Assembly (NCBI RefSeq): GCF_963921235.1
Contig: NC_086097.1
Coordinates: 217,250,001-217,314,000 of the forward strand
Source of the DNA: Mobula hypostoma
Lineage: Eukaryota
Direction: 5' to 3'
DNA: 64,000 bases
Of the stretch, positions 25,090 through 36,412 are shown piece after piece. Position 1 is the stretch's first letter; every line of letters begins with the position of its first letter. The notes under the pieces are model-generated. The model worked only from the letters and a program-made list of their open reading frames with translations, had not been told where the DNA came from and searched no databases. The position numbers were made by a program, and so were the translations under genes.

Positions 25090-25627
25090 ATTGACAAGAA
25101 ATAAACAACAAGATAATTCTGAACCGCTTTGCTCACTGTGCTTTCAAGCATTCAGGCTTGAGAATGCCAGAAACAGCCAGGAGATAAAAATGAAACAACT
25201 TCACTACTTCAACAAGTTAGAATCTACTGAAAGTATCGACAATCATCTTGAAGGTTACAAAGAAAATGAAGATTTGGAAGATGCAATCATTGATAGCATT
25301 GTATGAAGACAGTCCATTATCCGCGCTAGGTGTCTGCACTGATTTTGCGTCGCGTATTCATCACGTATACTGGATGAGTTCCTCTGTTGCTAAGTACAGT
25401 ATAGGGAAATAATATATAAATATTTGGAACACAGATTTATAATACTGCAGTCCTATTGATAGTGTTTTAACTTGTTTTGTACTTCATTTAAATACATAAT
25501 TTGTTATTCAATTTGTTTTTTTATAGCTTTTTAACTATTTTCATGAAACTTCAGCTAATTGGGACAGCCAGTTAATTGGGCCAAAATGTATTGGTCCAAA
25601 TGTGTCCTAATTAACAGGAATCCACTG
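25090..25627 (+). mobile_element. Possible pogo/Tigger-type DNA transposon 3' remnant
   Basis: Ends in TIR-like …CCTAATTAACAGGAATCCACTG followed by TA, with an acidic ORF tail at 25091-25306. The left TIR was not found. Confidence 0.4.
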
Positions 25628-25812
25628 TATATAATATTGTAAGAAGATTCATTATTAGCCATTTTTACCTATGTATAAATTGGTGTCCTATATTTATTAA
25701 CATTAGTTGCTGAAATAGAAACATAGAAACATAGAAAATAGGTGCAGGAGTAGGCCATTCGGCCCTTCGAGCCTGCACCGCCATTTATTATGATCATGGC
25801 TGATCATCCAAC

Positions 25813-28800
25813 TCAGAACCCAGCCTTCCCTCCATACCCCCTGACCCCTGTAGCCACAAGGGCCATATCTAACTTCCTTTTAAACATAGCTAATGAACTG
25901 GCCTCAACAGTTTGCTGTGGCAGAGAATTCCACAGATTCACCACTCTCTGTGTGAAGAAGTTTTTCCTAACCTCGGTCCTAAAAGGCTTCCCCTCTATCC
26001 TCAAACTGTGACCCCTCGTTCTAGACCTCCCCAACATCGGGAACAATCTTCCTGCATCTAGCCTGTCCAATCCCTTTAGGATCTTATACGTTTCAATCAG
26101 ATCCCCCCTCAATCTTCTAAATTCCAACGAGTACAAGCCCAGTTCATCCAGTCTTTCTTCATATGAAAGACCTGCCATCCCAGGAATCAATCTGGTGAAC
26201 CTTCTTTGTACTCCCTCTATGGCAAAGATGTCTTTCCTCAGATTAGGGGACCAAAACTGCACACAATACTCCAGGTGTGGTCTCACCAAGGCCTTGTACA
26301 ACTGCAGTAGTACCTCCCTGCTCCTGTACTCGAATCCTCTCGCTATAAATGCCAGCATACCGTTCGCCTTTTTCACCGCCTGCTGTACCTGCATGCCCAC
26401 TTTCAATGACTGGTGTATAATGACACCCAGGTCTCGATGCACCTCCCCTTTTCCTAATCGGCCACCATTCAGATAATAATCTGTTTTCCTATTTTTGCCA
26501 CCAAAGTGGATAACTTCACATTTATCCACATTAAATTGCATCTGCCATGAGTTTGCCCACTCACCCAACCTATCCAAGTCACCCTGCATCCTCTTAGCAT
26601 CCTCCTCACTGCTAACACTGCCACCCAGCTTCGTGTCATCCGCAAACTTGGAGATGCTGCATTTAATTCCCTCATCCAAGTCATTAATATATATTGTAAA
26701 CAACTGGGGTCCTAGCACTGAGCCTTGCGGTACCCCACTAGTCACCGCCTGCCATTCTGAAAAGGTCCCGTTTATTCCCACTCTTTGCTTCCTGTCTGCT
26801 AACCAATTCTCCACCCACACCAATACCTTACCCCCAATACCGTGTGCTTTAAGTTTGCACACTAATCTCCTATGTGGGACCTTGTCAAAAGCCTTTTGAA
26901 AATCCAAATATACCACATCCACTGGTTCTCCCCTATCCACTCTACTAGTTACATCCTCAAAAAATTCTATGAGATTCGTCAGACATGATTTTCCTTTCAC
27001 AAATCCATGCTGACTTTGTCCGATCATTTCACCGCTTTCCAAATGTGCTGTTATCACATCCTTGATAACTGACTCCAGCAGTTTCCCCACCACCGACGTT
27101 AGGCTAACCGGCCTATAATTCCCTGGTTTCTCTCTCCCTCCTTTTTTAAAAAGTGGGGTTACATTAGCCACCCTCCAATCCTCAGGAACTAGTCCAGAAT
27201 CTAACGAGTTTTGAAAAATTATCACTAATGCATCCACTATTTCTTGGGCCACTTCCTTAAGCACTCTGGGATGCAGACCATCTGGCCCTGGGGATTTATC
27301 TGCCTTCAATCCCTTCAATTTACCTAACACCACTTCCCTACTAACATGTATTTCGCTCAGTTCCTCCATCTCACTGGACCCTCTGTCCCTTACTATTTCT
27401 GGAAGATTATTTATGTCCTCCTTAGTGAAGACAGAACCAAAGTAATTATTCAATTGGTCTGCCATGTCCTTGCTCCCCATAATCAATTCACCTGTTTCTG
27501 TTTGCAGGGGACCTACATTTGTCTTTATCAGTCTTTTCCTTTTTACATATCTATAAAAGCTTTTACAGTCCGTTTTTATGTTCTCTGCCAGTTTTCTCTC
27601 ATAATCTTTTTTCCCCTTCCTAATTAAGCCCTTTGTCCTCCTCTGCTGAACTCTGAATTTCTCCCAGTCCTCAGGTGAGCCACTTTCTCTGGCTAATTTG
27701 TATGCTACTTCTTTGGAATTGATACTATCCCTAATTTCTCTTGTCAGCCACGGGTGCACTACCTTCCTTGATTTATTCTTTTGCCAAACTGGGATGAACA
27801 ATTGTTGTAGTTCATCCATGCAACCTTTAAATGCCTGCCATTGCATATCCACCGTCAATCCTTGAAGTGTCATTTGCCAGTCTATCTTAGCTAATTCATG
27901 TCTCATACCTTCAAAGTTACCCCTCTTTAAGTTCAGAACCTTTGTTTCTGAATTAACTACGTCACTCTCCATGTTAATGAAGAATTCCACCATATTATAG
28001 TCACTCTTACCCAAGGGGCCTCTCACGACAAGATCGCTAATTAACCCTTCCTCATTGCTCAAAACCCAGTCCAGAATAGCCTGCTCTCTAGTCGGTTCCT
28101 CGACATGTTGGTTCAAAAAACCATCCCGCATACATTCCAAGAAATCCTCTTCCTCAGCACCTTTACCAATTTGGTTCACCCAGTCTACATGTAGATTGAA
28201 GTCACCCATTATAACTGCTGTTCCTTTATTGCACACATTTCTAATTTCCTGTTTAATACCATCTCCGACCTCACTACTACTGTTAGGTGGCCTGTACACA
28301 ACTCCCACCAGCGTCTTCTGCCCCTTAGTGTTACGCAGCTCTACCCATATCGATTCCACATCTTCCCGGCTTATGTCCTTCCTTTCTATTGCGTTAATCT
28401 CTTTTTTAACCAGCAACGCCACCCCACCTCCCCTTCCTTCGTGTCTATCCCTCCTGAATATTGAATATCCCTGAACGTTGAGCTCCCATCCCTGGTCACC
28501 CTGGAGCCATGTCTCTGTGATCCCAACTATATCATAATCATTAATAACAATCTGCACTTTCAATTCATCCACCTTATTACGAATGCTCCTTGCATTGACA
28601 CATAAAGCCTTCAGGCACTCTTTTACAACTCTCTTAGCCCTTTTTAATGCTTGCCCTGGATTTGTCGGCCTGCCACTTTTACTTTTCCCCTTTGTACTTT
28701 TTGCTTCTACGCACACTTTACACCCCTCTGTCTCTCTGCACTGGTTCCCATCCCTCTGTTGTGAACTAACCTCCTCACACCTAGCCGCTTTAATTTGATT

Positions 28801-28833
28801 CCCACCCCCCAACCATTCTAGTTTAAAGTCTCC
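25813..28833 (-). CDS. CR1 ORF2: APE endonuclease plus reverse transcriptase (open frame, no initiating ATG)
   Basis: APE motifs NARS, GITETW, VYRPP, MGDFN, LDWVL, SD(Y)N; RT motifs YRPVSL, DFQKAFDKV, GVPQGSVLGP, FADD. The frame is open from 28833 (after a TGA at 28834-28836); the first ATG is at 28209. Confidence 0.95.
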   Translation of the reverse strand, partial: GDFKLEWLGGGNQIKAARCEEVSSQQRDGNQCRETEGCKVCVEAKSTKGKSKSGRPTNPGQALKRAKRVVKECLKALCVNARSIRNKVDELKVQIVINDYDIVGITETWLQGDQGWELNVQGYSIFRRDRHEGRGGGVALLVKKEINAIERKDISREDVESIWVELRNTKGQKTLVGVVYRPPNSSSEVGDGIKQEIRNVCNKGTAVIMGDFNLHVDWVNQIGKGAEEEDFLECMRDGFLNQHVEEPTREQAILDWVLSNEEGLISDLVVRGPLGKSDYNMVEFFINMESDVVNSETKVLNLKRGNFEGMRHELAKIDWQMTLQGLTVDMQWQAFKGCMDELQQLFIPVWQKNKSRKVVHPWLTREIRDSINSKEVAYKLARESGSPEDWEKFRVQQRRTKGLIRKGKKDYERKLAENIKTDCKSFYRYVKRKRLIKTNVGPLQTETGELIMGSKDMADQLNNYFGSVFTKEDINNLPEIVRDRGSSEMEELSEIHVSREVVLGKLKGLKADKSPGPDGLHPRVLKEVAQEIVDALVIIFQNSLDSGLVPEDWRVANVTPLFKKGGREKPGNYRPVSLTSVVGKLLESVIKDVITAHLESGEMIGQSQHGFVKGKSCLTNLIEFFEDVTSRVDRGEPVDVVYLDFQKAFDKVPHRRLVCKLKAHGIGGKVLVWVENWLADRKQRVGINGTFSEWQAVTSGVPQGSVLGPQLFTIYINDLDEGIKCSISKFADDTKLGGSVSSEEDAKRMQGDLDRLGEWANSWQMQFNVDKCEVIHFGGKNRKTDYYLNGGRLGKGEVHRDLGVIIHQSLKVGMQVQQAVKKANGMLAFIARGFEYRSREVLLQLYKALVRPHLEYCVQFWSPNLRKDIFAIEGVQRRFTRLIPGMAGLSYEERLDELGLYSLEFRRLRGDLIETYKILKGLDRLDAGRLFPMLGRSRTRGHSLRIEGKPFRTEVRKNFFTQRVVNLWNSLPQQTVEASSLAMFKRKLDMALVATGVRGYGGKAGF

Positions 28834-28900
28834 TCAGTAGCCCCCGCTAATCTCCCTGCCAGGATATTGGTCCCCCGAGGATTTAAGTGTAACCCGTCCT
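28818..28900 (-). pseudogene. CR1 ORF1 C-terminal remnant (SGNH esterase block V)
   Basis: QDGLHLNPRGTNILAGRLAGATEETLN-TAG; the DxxH motif is typical of the CR1 ORF1 esterase domain. Confidence 0.8.
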
Positions 28901-29154
28901 GTGTGTGGCTCAGAAATATTAGAATTTGTTGCAAGTAAAATAAATAATGAATAGATTTTATCAAAATTCTATCCATAGATGACAGACTAAAGATGGCAAA
29001 GAGAATTATTTTGTCTAAAATCCAATCCAAATAGAGTAAGCATTGTTTGATATGATTAATATTGTGCATACTATGTGATCATTCAACACTCATTTGGAAG
29101 CTGTGGCTGATGGCTAGGCTGTAGGTCAGTAAGTTTTAGGTTCAAGCTTATTGC

Positions 29155-32100
29155 AGGGCTTTTAAACTAGAGTCATAGAAAAGTACAGCTTAGAAACAGG
29201 CCCTTCAGCCCATCTAGTCCATGTCAAAACTTTTTAAACTGCCTGCTAGTGTTGCAGGGGGATGGGAACCAGAACAACAGAACAGAGAGTGGAGTAACAC
29301 ACAGAGAATGCTGGAGGAACTCAGCAGGCCAGGCAGCATCTATGAAGTGGTTGTGAGGAAGTATGTTGGTGAACCTACATACAAAGACAGGAATCAAATG
29401 ATTGTGCATGGTGGGACGACTGTTCTGAGTTGTGAATATTTCAATGCAAGGAGTGAAATTGTGGGGAAGGCTGATGAGCTTAGAGAATGAAACAGGTTGT
29501 GGAATTATGACAATGTAGCCATTAGTGAGACTTTGTTTCAAGAGGTTTGGGACCGACAGCTCATAATAATAATAGGCATCTGTTAGTCCCATGAGACCAT
29601 GAACTTGCACCTTGGAAGGTTTCCAGAGCGTAGGCCTGGGCAAGGTTGTATGGAAGACCGGCAGTTGCCCATGCTGCAAGTCTCCCCTCTCCACACCACC
29701 GATATTGTCCAAGGGAAGGGCACTAGGGCCGATACAGCTTGGCACCGTTTTGTGTTTTTTCTTATGTAGTTCAGTGTAGTTTTTGTATTGTTTCATGTAG
29801 CACCATGGCCCTGGAAAACGTTGTCTCATTTTTACTATGTTCTGTACCAGCAGTTATGGTGGAAATGACAATAAAAAGTGACTTGAAGAAAAGGAAGGAG
29901 GTGCATAGCAGATATAGGAAGGCAGGAACAAGTGAGGTACTTGAAGAGTATAAGAAATGCAAGAGAACACAAGAAAGAAATCAGGAGGGCTAAAAGAAGG
30001 CATGAGGTTGCTCTAGCACACAAAACGAAGGAGATTCCCAAGGGCTTCTATAGATTTATTAAGAGCAAAAGGATAGCAAGGGACAAAATTGGTCCACTGC
30101 AAGATCAGATTGGTCATCTTTGCATGGAACTGAAAGAGATGGGGGAGATCTCAAACAGATTTTTTTGCATTTGTATTTATTTGGGAGACAGACACAGAGT
30201 CGATACAAGTGAGGCAGAGGAGGACGCATTTGCTGTTTTGAGGCAAATTGGGGTGGATAAATCTGCAGGCCTGACAAGGTATTCCCTCGGGTCCCGTGAG
30301 AGGCTAGTGTAGAAATTGCAGGGGCCCCTAGCAGAAATGTTTAAACACCCTTAGCCAGGGGTGAGGTGCCAGAAGATTGGAGGATAGCTAATGTTGTTCA
30401 TTTGTTTAAGAATGAACCAGGAAATTATGGGCCAGTGAGCCTGACATCAGTAGTGGGCAAGTTATTGGAAGGCATACTAAGGTATCTCTACGTAAGTATT
30501 TGACCATAGATATAGGAACAGAATTAGGCCATTTGGCCCATTGAGTCTGTTGTGCCATTTCGCCATGGCTGATCCAATTTCCCTCTCAGCCCCAAACTCC
30601 TGCCTTCTCCCGTATCCCTTCATGCCCCGACCAATCAAGAATCTAGTAACCCCTGCCTTAAATATACATAAAGACTTGGTCTCCACAAAGAATTCCACAG
30701 AGTCACTACTCTCTGGCTAAAGAGATTCCTCCTCATCTCCATTCGGAAAGGATGCCCCTCTAAAATGATGTCTCACAGAGGCTGTGTCCTCTGGCCTTGG
30801 GCTCTTCCACCACAGGGAACATCCTCTGCACATCCACTCAATCAAGGCCTTTCACCATTCGATAGGTTTCAATGAGGCCAACCCTCATTCTTCTGAATTC
30901 CAGCGAATACAGGTCCAGAGCCATCAAACACTCTACAATGTGAAAAGCCGTTCAATCCTGGAATCATTTTCGTGAACCCCTTTGAACCCTTATCCTTTCT
31001 AAAATAAAGGGCCCAAACCTGCTCACAATACACCAAGCGAAGCCTCACCAGTGCTTTATAAAGTCTCATAAATCAGGGTAGGCAGGGACTGATTAGGTAT
31101 AGTCAAAGAGGTTTTTTTTGTGTTGTAGGTCTTGTCTAATCAATCATATAGAGTTTTTCAAGATGTTACCAAGAAAGTTGATCAAAGCAAGGCAGTGGAT
31201 GTTGGCTACATGGACTTCAGCAAGGCCTTTGACAAGGACCTGCATGAGTGGTTGGCCAAGAAGGTTCAGTCGCTCGGCATTCAAGATCAGATAGGAAATT
31301 GGATTAGACATTGGCTTCATGGGGGAAGCCAGAGTGGTAGCATATTGTTGCCTTTCTGACCGGAGGCCTGTGACTAGTGGAGTGCCACAGGGATTAATGC
31401 TGACTCCATTATTGTTTGTCATCTGTATCAATGATCTGGATGATAATATGGTAAACTGGATCAACAAATTTGTGGATGACTCCAAGACTGGGAGTGTAGC
31501 AGCTGGTGACGAAGACTATCAAAGCTTGCAGCAGGATCTGGACTAGTTGGAAAAATGGGCTGGAAAATGGCAGATGGAATTTAATTCAGACAAGCTGTTG
31601 CACTTTAGGAGGATAAACCATGGTAGGACCTACATAGTGACATGAGAAAGGTATACTTTGGCCCTCATTTTAGGGTTTTTTTGAGGATAACCAGGTATAT
31701 ATGGGGAGGGTGGTTCCCAAGAAACTTCTTGTAAAATATCATTTTTTTCGCGCCGGTAAGGCACCGAGTGGGGCTGTAGAATTCATGGATCTAAGAATAA
31801 GATCCAATATTCCTTGAAAATGGCATCAGAGGTGGATATGAAACTAAAGAAAACGTTTGGTTTATTGGCCTTCATACATCATAGTATTCAGTACAGGAGT
31901 TGGGATGTTATGTTGAAGTTGTTTAAGACGATGGTGAGGCCAAATTTGGAGTATTGTGTGCTGTTTTTTTTTTCACCTACCTACAGGAAAGATGTATAAA
32001 AGATTGAAGGAGTTCAGAAAAAATTTACAAGAATGTTTCTGGGATTTGAGGACCTGAGTTATAGAGGAAGGTTAAATAGGTTAGGATTTTATTCCTTGGA

Positions 32101-32477
32101 ATGTAGACAATTGAAAGAAGGTTTAATAGAGGTATACAAATTATGAGGGGTATAGATGGGGTAAATGCAATCAGGTTTTTTCCACTGAGGTTGGATGAGA
32201 CTACAACTAGAGGTCATGGGTTAAGGGTGAAAGGAGAAATGTATAAAGGGAAAATAGTGGGAAACTTATTCTATTAGAGGGTAATGACAGTGTGGAATGA
32301 GCTGCCAGTGGAAGAGGTGGATTCAGGCTCGATTTCAATGTTTAAGAGAAATTAGGGTAGGTACATGAATGAGAGGAGTAATGAGGGCTATGGTCCAGGT
32401 GCAGATCAATGGGACTAGGCATATTAATAGTGTGGCATGGACTTGATGGGCTGAAGGGCCTGTTTCTGTGCTCTATG
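29155..32477 (+). mobile_element. Older CR1 of a second subfamily, degenerate, carrying several nested insertions
   Basis: Junction TTTAAACTAG at 29161, then YFNARS…GKADELR, AVDVGYMDFSKAFDK, SGVPQG, KFVDD and a 3' tail. Nested inserts: CR1 tail 29171-29245, Penelope piece ~29296-29345, other repeats ~29560-29885, inverted CR1 ~30503-31070. Confidence 0.85.
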
Positions 32478-32861
32478 TGTCATGGTTCCGTTTGGTTGTT
32501 CCCCTTTAATGCTCCTTTCTCCCTGATTATGCCCTAATTACAGCCATTAGATTTCCAATTGCTGCTAGTTTACTTAATTACATCAGAGACCGTGAAATAA
32601 GTACAATGGCGTCACTACACAGGTCGCCAGTTCGTTGGTCTATTCTTGTGTGATACTTCGTTCTCTCGTCAGCTTAGAACTGTTGGTTCTAAGTTTAGTT
32701 CCAAGTTCCGCTCTAGTTTCAAGATAGTCCCTGTAGATCCTGTCTCCTTGTCAAGATTCCTCCGGTTTGCTGTTCTACGTCCACGTCTACGCCAGCATCC
32801 CTAACTCAGTCGACATGCCGGTGTCCTGCACTTGCGTTCTCCTCAGTCGCCCTATGCAACA
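32478..32861 (+). mobile_element. Solo LTR inserted in a CR1 3' tail
   Basis: Termini TGTCA…CAACA with an exact 5-bp TSD CTATG (32473-32477, 32862-32866). Removing it restores the CR1 tail GCTCTATGACTCTAT. Confidence 0.85.
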
Positions 32862-34574
32862 CTATGACTCTATTCCCAAACTTATAATAATCCAGTTTAA
32901 TCATCAAAGCATTAAAAGTGCTGCAAAATGGGCTCTGTGCCTCTTCAGCTGCTTTCCCAATCCAAAACCTTATCCCAGCAAAATATAAGATCTGGAACAA
33001 CTTATAAAATTAGCCCTCATTATTTGTTCTAATTTCTTTATTATAAAATGCTAAACATCAAAATATTATGCAACTTCAATCACCAAAGCTCATCTAAAAC
33101 CGACTGACTGACATTAAATACAGTAGTAGCACTTGGCCATAGAGATCACAATGAATTCTATTTCTTATTACCAGATCATTGTTTAGTAGATGCTCTGTAC
33201 TGTAATCACTGCATTACACTGTAAGTCAGATCATGCTATGGAAAGAGGAAGCTAAAACAAAACTATGCTGCACTCAAAGGAAACGTGAAGTGCTTAAAGC
33301 ACCATTAATAATTTTCAAAGTATGACTTCCAAGCAAAATATTTCCTCTACTTTCTTCTCCTTCAAGAAATTTACAAGGGAGGTGCATCCTGTAACTAAGG
33401 CAGTGAAGTATTGCCAATGCAAGCCTGTAATAAGATAAGATGCAACTCACTTCATAGATACAAAAGAAACCATTTATTTAAAAAAAAACATTTTTTATGA
33501 AAAGTGAGTGAATCAGCTAAAAATCTTCATTTCCCTACAACCTAAATTCAAAAATGGACCAGACATGTGTTTTAAGATTTCTGACACAGCTTGATTTTCT
33601 AATTCTCTGGAGTTGCTGATTTCCAAGCTTCCCTCAGACCAGAGGTGATTGTCGAGCCAGCTCCAGATGGCAATAGTTTTACTAAAGGGTATGTGCTTTC
33701 TACGCCTGCAACCCATTGAAGCTGAGCTGCTTTTGAAACCAGCTGTCACTAAGCTAAGCAGGACTGTTGCCCGATGACGGCTTTCTGTCAGACATCAGCA
33801 GAACGGCAGGTGGCACAAGTCAAAGGTCATCTGTTTATTACATGGCAGTGTCAACCGCAATTATCCTTTTTGTACAACGAACCCTCATTTAACAATTTCT
33901 TTCCAAAACACATGTCTGCTTCTTTGTGTTTAGACATAAGGCAAAGTACCAGCTTTTATTGAACAGCCAAATGTTTGTGATGAAACTAGGACAATGTTAC
34001 AAAGCTACATTTTTAAACTAAGATTATTTATTTAACTATTTGTGTGCTGATTTTTTTCAAAGCAAGACAACCTTTAAATTTTAAGAAAAACTTTCCTTTA
34101 TATTTCTCCCCTTATTTTCTTTATCCTTCCACAAAGGAGAGGGAAGATGTAAACCTTAATCCAGACTTTGAAAGGTTCTGTAGTTTCAACATTAGTCCAT
34201 AATTGCTAGCTGGAAATATATTTCTAAAAGAGGATATAGTGTTAGCTACCTGCAAGGACAGCCTTTGCATTTATCATTGAAAAGTATTTTATTATATTTA
34301 ACTTTGCAACCTGGAATATTCCATCTCCAATGGATCATGTTAGTGGTGATTGGCCCATATGAAGGACAGCAATAACTGTGCCAGAACTTGCATAATATCA
34401 ATATGCTAAGAAAAGTGTACTGATGAGACACAATTGATGAAAGGAAGCAATGGTTACTCATTTTACTAGAAAAGAAAACTAGTTTAGTCACCAGGAACAA
34501 ACTCATCATCAGATTTTAACTATCAACTGGATTTAATAGATACTTCATAACTCTTAAATTCAAGCAGCTGTAGC

Positions 34575-34795
34575 ATACCATCGACCTAGGTTCAATTCCC
34601 ACCGCTGCCTGAAAGGAGTTTGTACATTCACCCCATGTCCAAGTGGGTTTCCTCCCACTGTCAAAAGACATAGCAGTTGGTAGGTTAATTGGTCATCGTA
34701 AATTGTCTCTTGATTAGGCTAGGATTAAGTGGGAGGTTGCTGGGTTCAAAGGACCAGAAGGGTCTGTTCCATGCTGTATCTCAATAAATAAAGTA
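34575..34795 (+). mobile_element. V-domain (HE1-like) SINE
   Basis: B-box-like GGTTCAATTCCC, V core GGAGTTTGTACATTC…GGGTTTCCTCCCAC…AAAGAC, AATAAA-repeat tail. Confidence 0.8.
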
Positions 34796-35004
34796 AATTC
34801 ATTGGCAATCTGCATCTTTTACCACTGCCCATGCTCCAACTCTTCACACTGAAGCAGAAGAAAATGAGCAATTTTATGGCAGTCTTGATAATGTTCTCAT
34901 TCCCATCTCCAAGGAAGACAAAAACATCCTTCTTAGAGACTGTAATGCAAGAGTAAAGACCTCTGGATAGCAGTGTTGCTAAAGAGAGAGTAGTAAAGAT
35001 CACA

Positions 35005-35330
35005 GTCATACAGAAAGCTCATCCGTGCCGACCAAATGCCCTTCTAAGTTACCCATGTTTGACCCATGTCCCTCTAACCTTTTCTATCTATGTACTTATC
35101 CAAATGTTTTTAAATGTTTTTATTGTAGCTGCCTTAACCACTTCCTCTGACAGCTCAATCCATATACAAATCACTCTCTGATGAAAACGTTGCCTCTCAG
35201 ATTCCTTTTAAGTCTGTCCCCTGTCATGTTAAACCTATATCCACTAGTTCTTGATTCCCCAACCCGGGGAGATAGACTGCTTGACTTCACCCCTATCTAT
35301 GCCCCTCATGATTTTATGTACCTCTATAAT
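35005..35330 (-). mobile_element. CR1 3' fragment
   Basis: Reverse complement of ATAGAGGTACATAAAATCATGAGGGGCATAGATAGGG…ACTAGTGGATATAGG. Confidence 0.75.
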
Positions 35331-35774
35331 TAATTCCAGAAGCCTGGTTCTCCCCAGCCAATATTACCTTCAAATTGCCAACACAATTTATGGACAGCAT
35401 GACAAACACTAGACCACATGGAAATACTCACATTCAAAGCACCAACACTTCCTAGACCACTTTATTGTAAGGAGGAGGTGGGGGCTGAAGGACATTCACA
35501 TCAGCAGGGTAATGAGGAGAACAGAAAATTGCTGACGATTGCTTTGCCTGCAAGGTTCGTCACCTTTTTCCGGGTCTAATGCAGCACATGTCAATCAACA
35601 GAGTCCATAGGAGTTATAATACTGTAATGATCCAATATCCCAGGAAATACATGGAGACAAGCATGGTGAAGGATATTGGTCCTCCCTATTAATAATGAAC
35701 ACTCCAACATTGAGGACAACTAAAAGACTATGAAAACCATAAAGCAGGCACAGAATCCTTAGTCTTCATCATCA

Positions 35775-36412
35775 GTGATGAAGAAAGAGCGAGGAAAGAG
35801 GACGACCGGGTCGAGACAACAGAAACTTATGGAGAAGAGGAGTTTGGTGGGTAATAAAATGGACGAGTTGACGGCGCTAGCCAGGAGTCAGAGAACATTT
35901 CGGGAGTGCAGTGTTATGTGTTTTACTGAAACGTGGCTGCACGAGGACATACCTGACCAAAACTTTTTCATGGAGGGCTTTCAGACCGTTCGGGCTGACC
36001 GAAAGTGCACTGAGAGCGGTAAGTGTAAAGGAGTTGGGGGGTTGCTGTTCTGGTTACAACGGATGGTGCAATCCTGGGCATATTACGATCGAGGAATGTG
36101 TTTGTAGCCTGGATACTGAATGTTTTGCTGTTGGACTCTGGCCGTATTCCATCGAGATACAACACTGGGCATCATGGGAGGTTGTTCCTGCCCATGGCCA
36201 TTGAACTTTGCAGCTCCTCCCATGGAGGGTCAGACACCCTGAGCCAATAGGCTGGTCCTGGACTTATTTCCATCTGGCATAGTTTGCATATTGTTGTTTG
36301 AATGTTTGTGGTTTTTGTATTGCTATACTTATGCTCTATTTTTGGTTGGTGCAACTGTAACGAAACTCAATTTCCCTCGGGATCAATAAAGTATGTCTGT
36401 CTGTCTGTCTGT
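35775..36412 (+). mobile_element. Internally deleted Rex1/Babar LINE (endonuclease start plus 3' end)
   Basis: NKMDELTAL…CSVMCFTETWL…GFQTVRADR, then 3' end CGGGATCAATAAAGTA(TGTC)n. Confidence 0.85.

Larger units (their letters stand above)
25715..28900 (-). mobile_element. Young CR1 LINE, 5'-truncated inside ORF1
   Basis: Uninterrupted ORF2, ORF1 C-terminal remnant, and 3' tail of TTTCTATG repeats at ~25715-25740. Confidence 0.97.

Noticed and set aside
26195..28798. Plus-strand ORFs within the young CR1
   Set aside because: Antisense shadows of ORF2.
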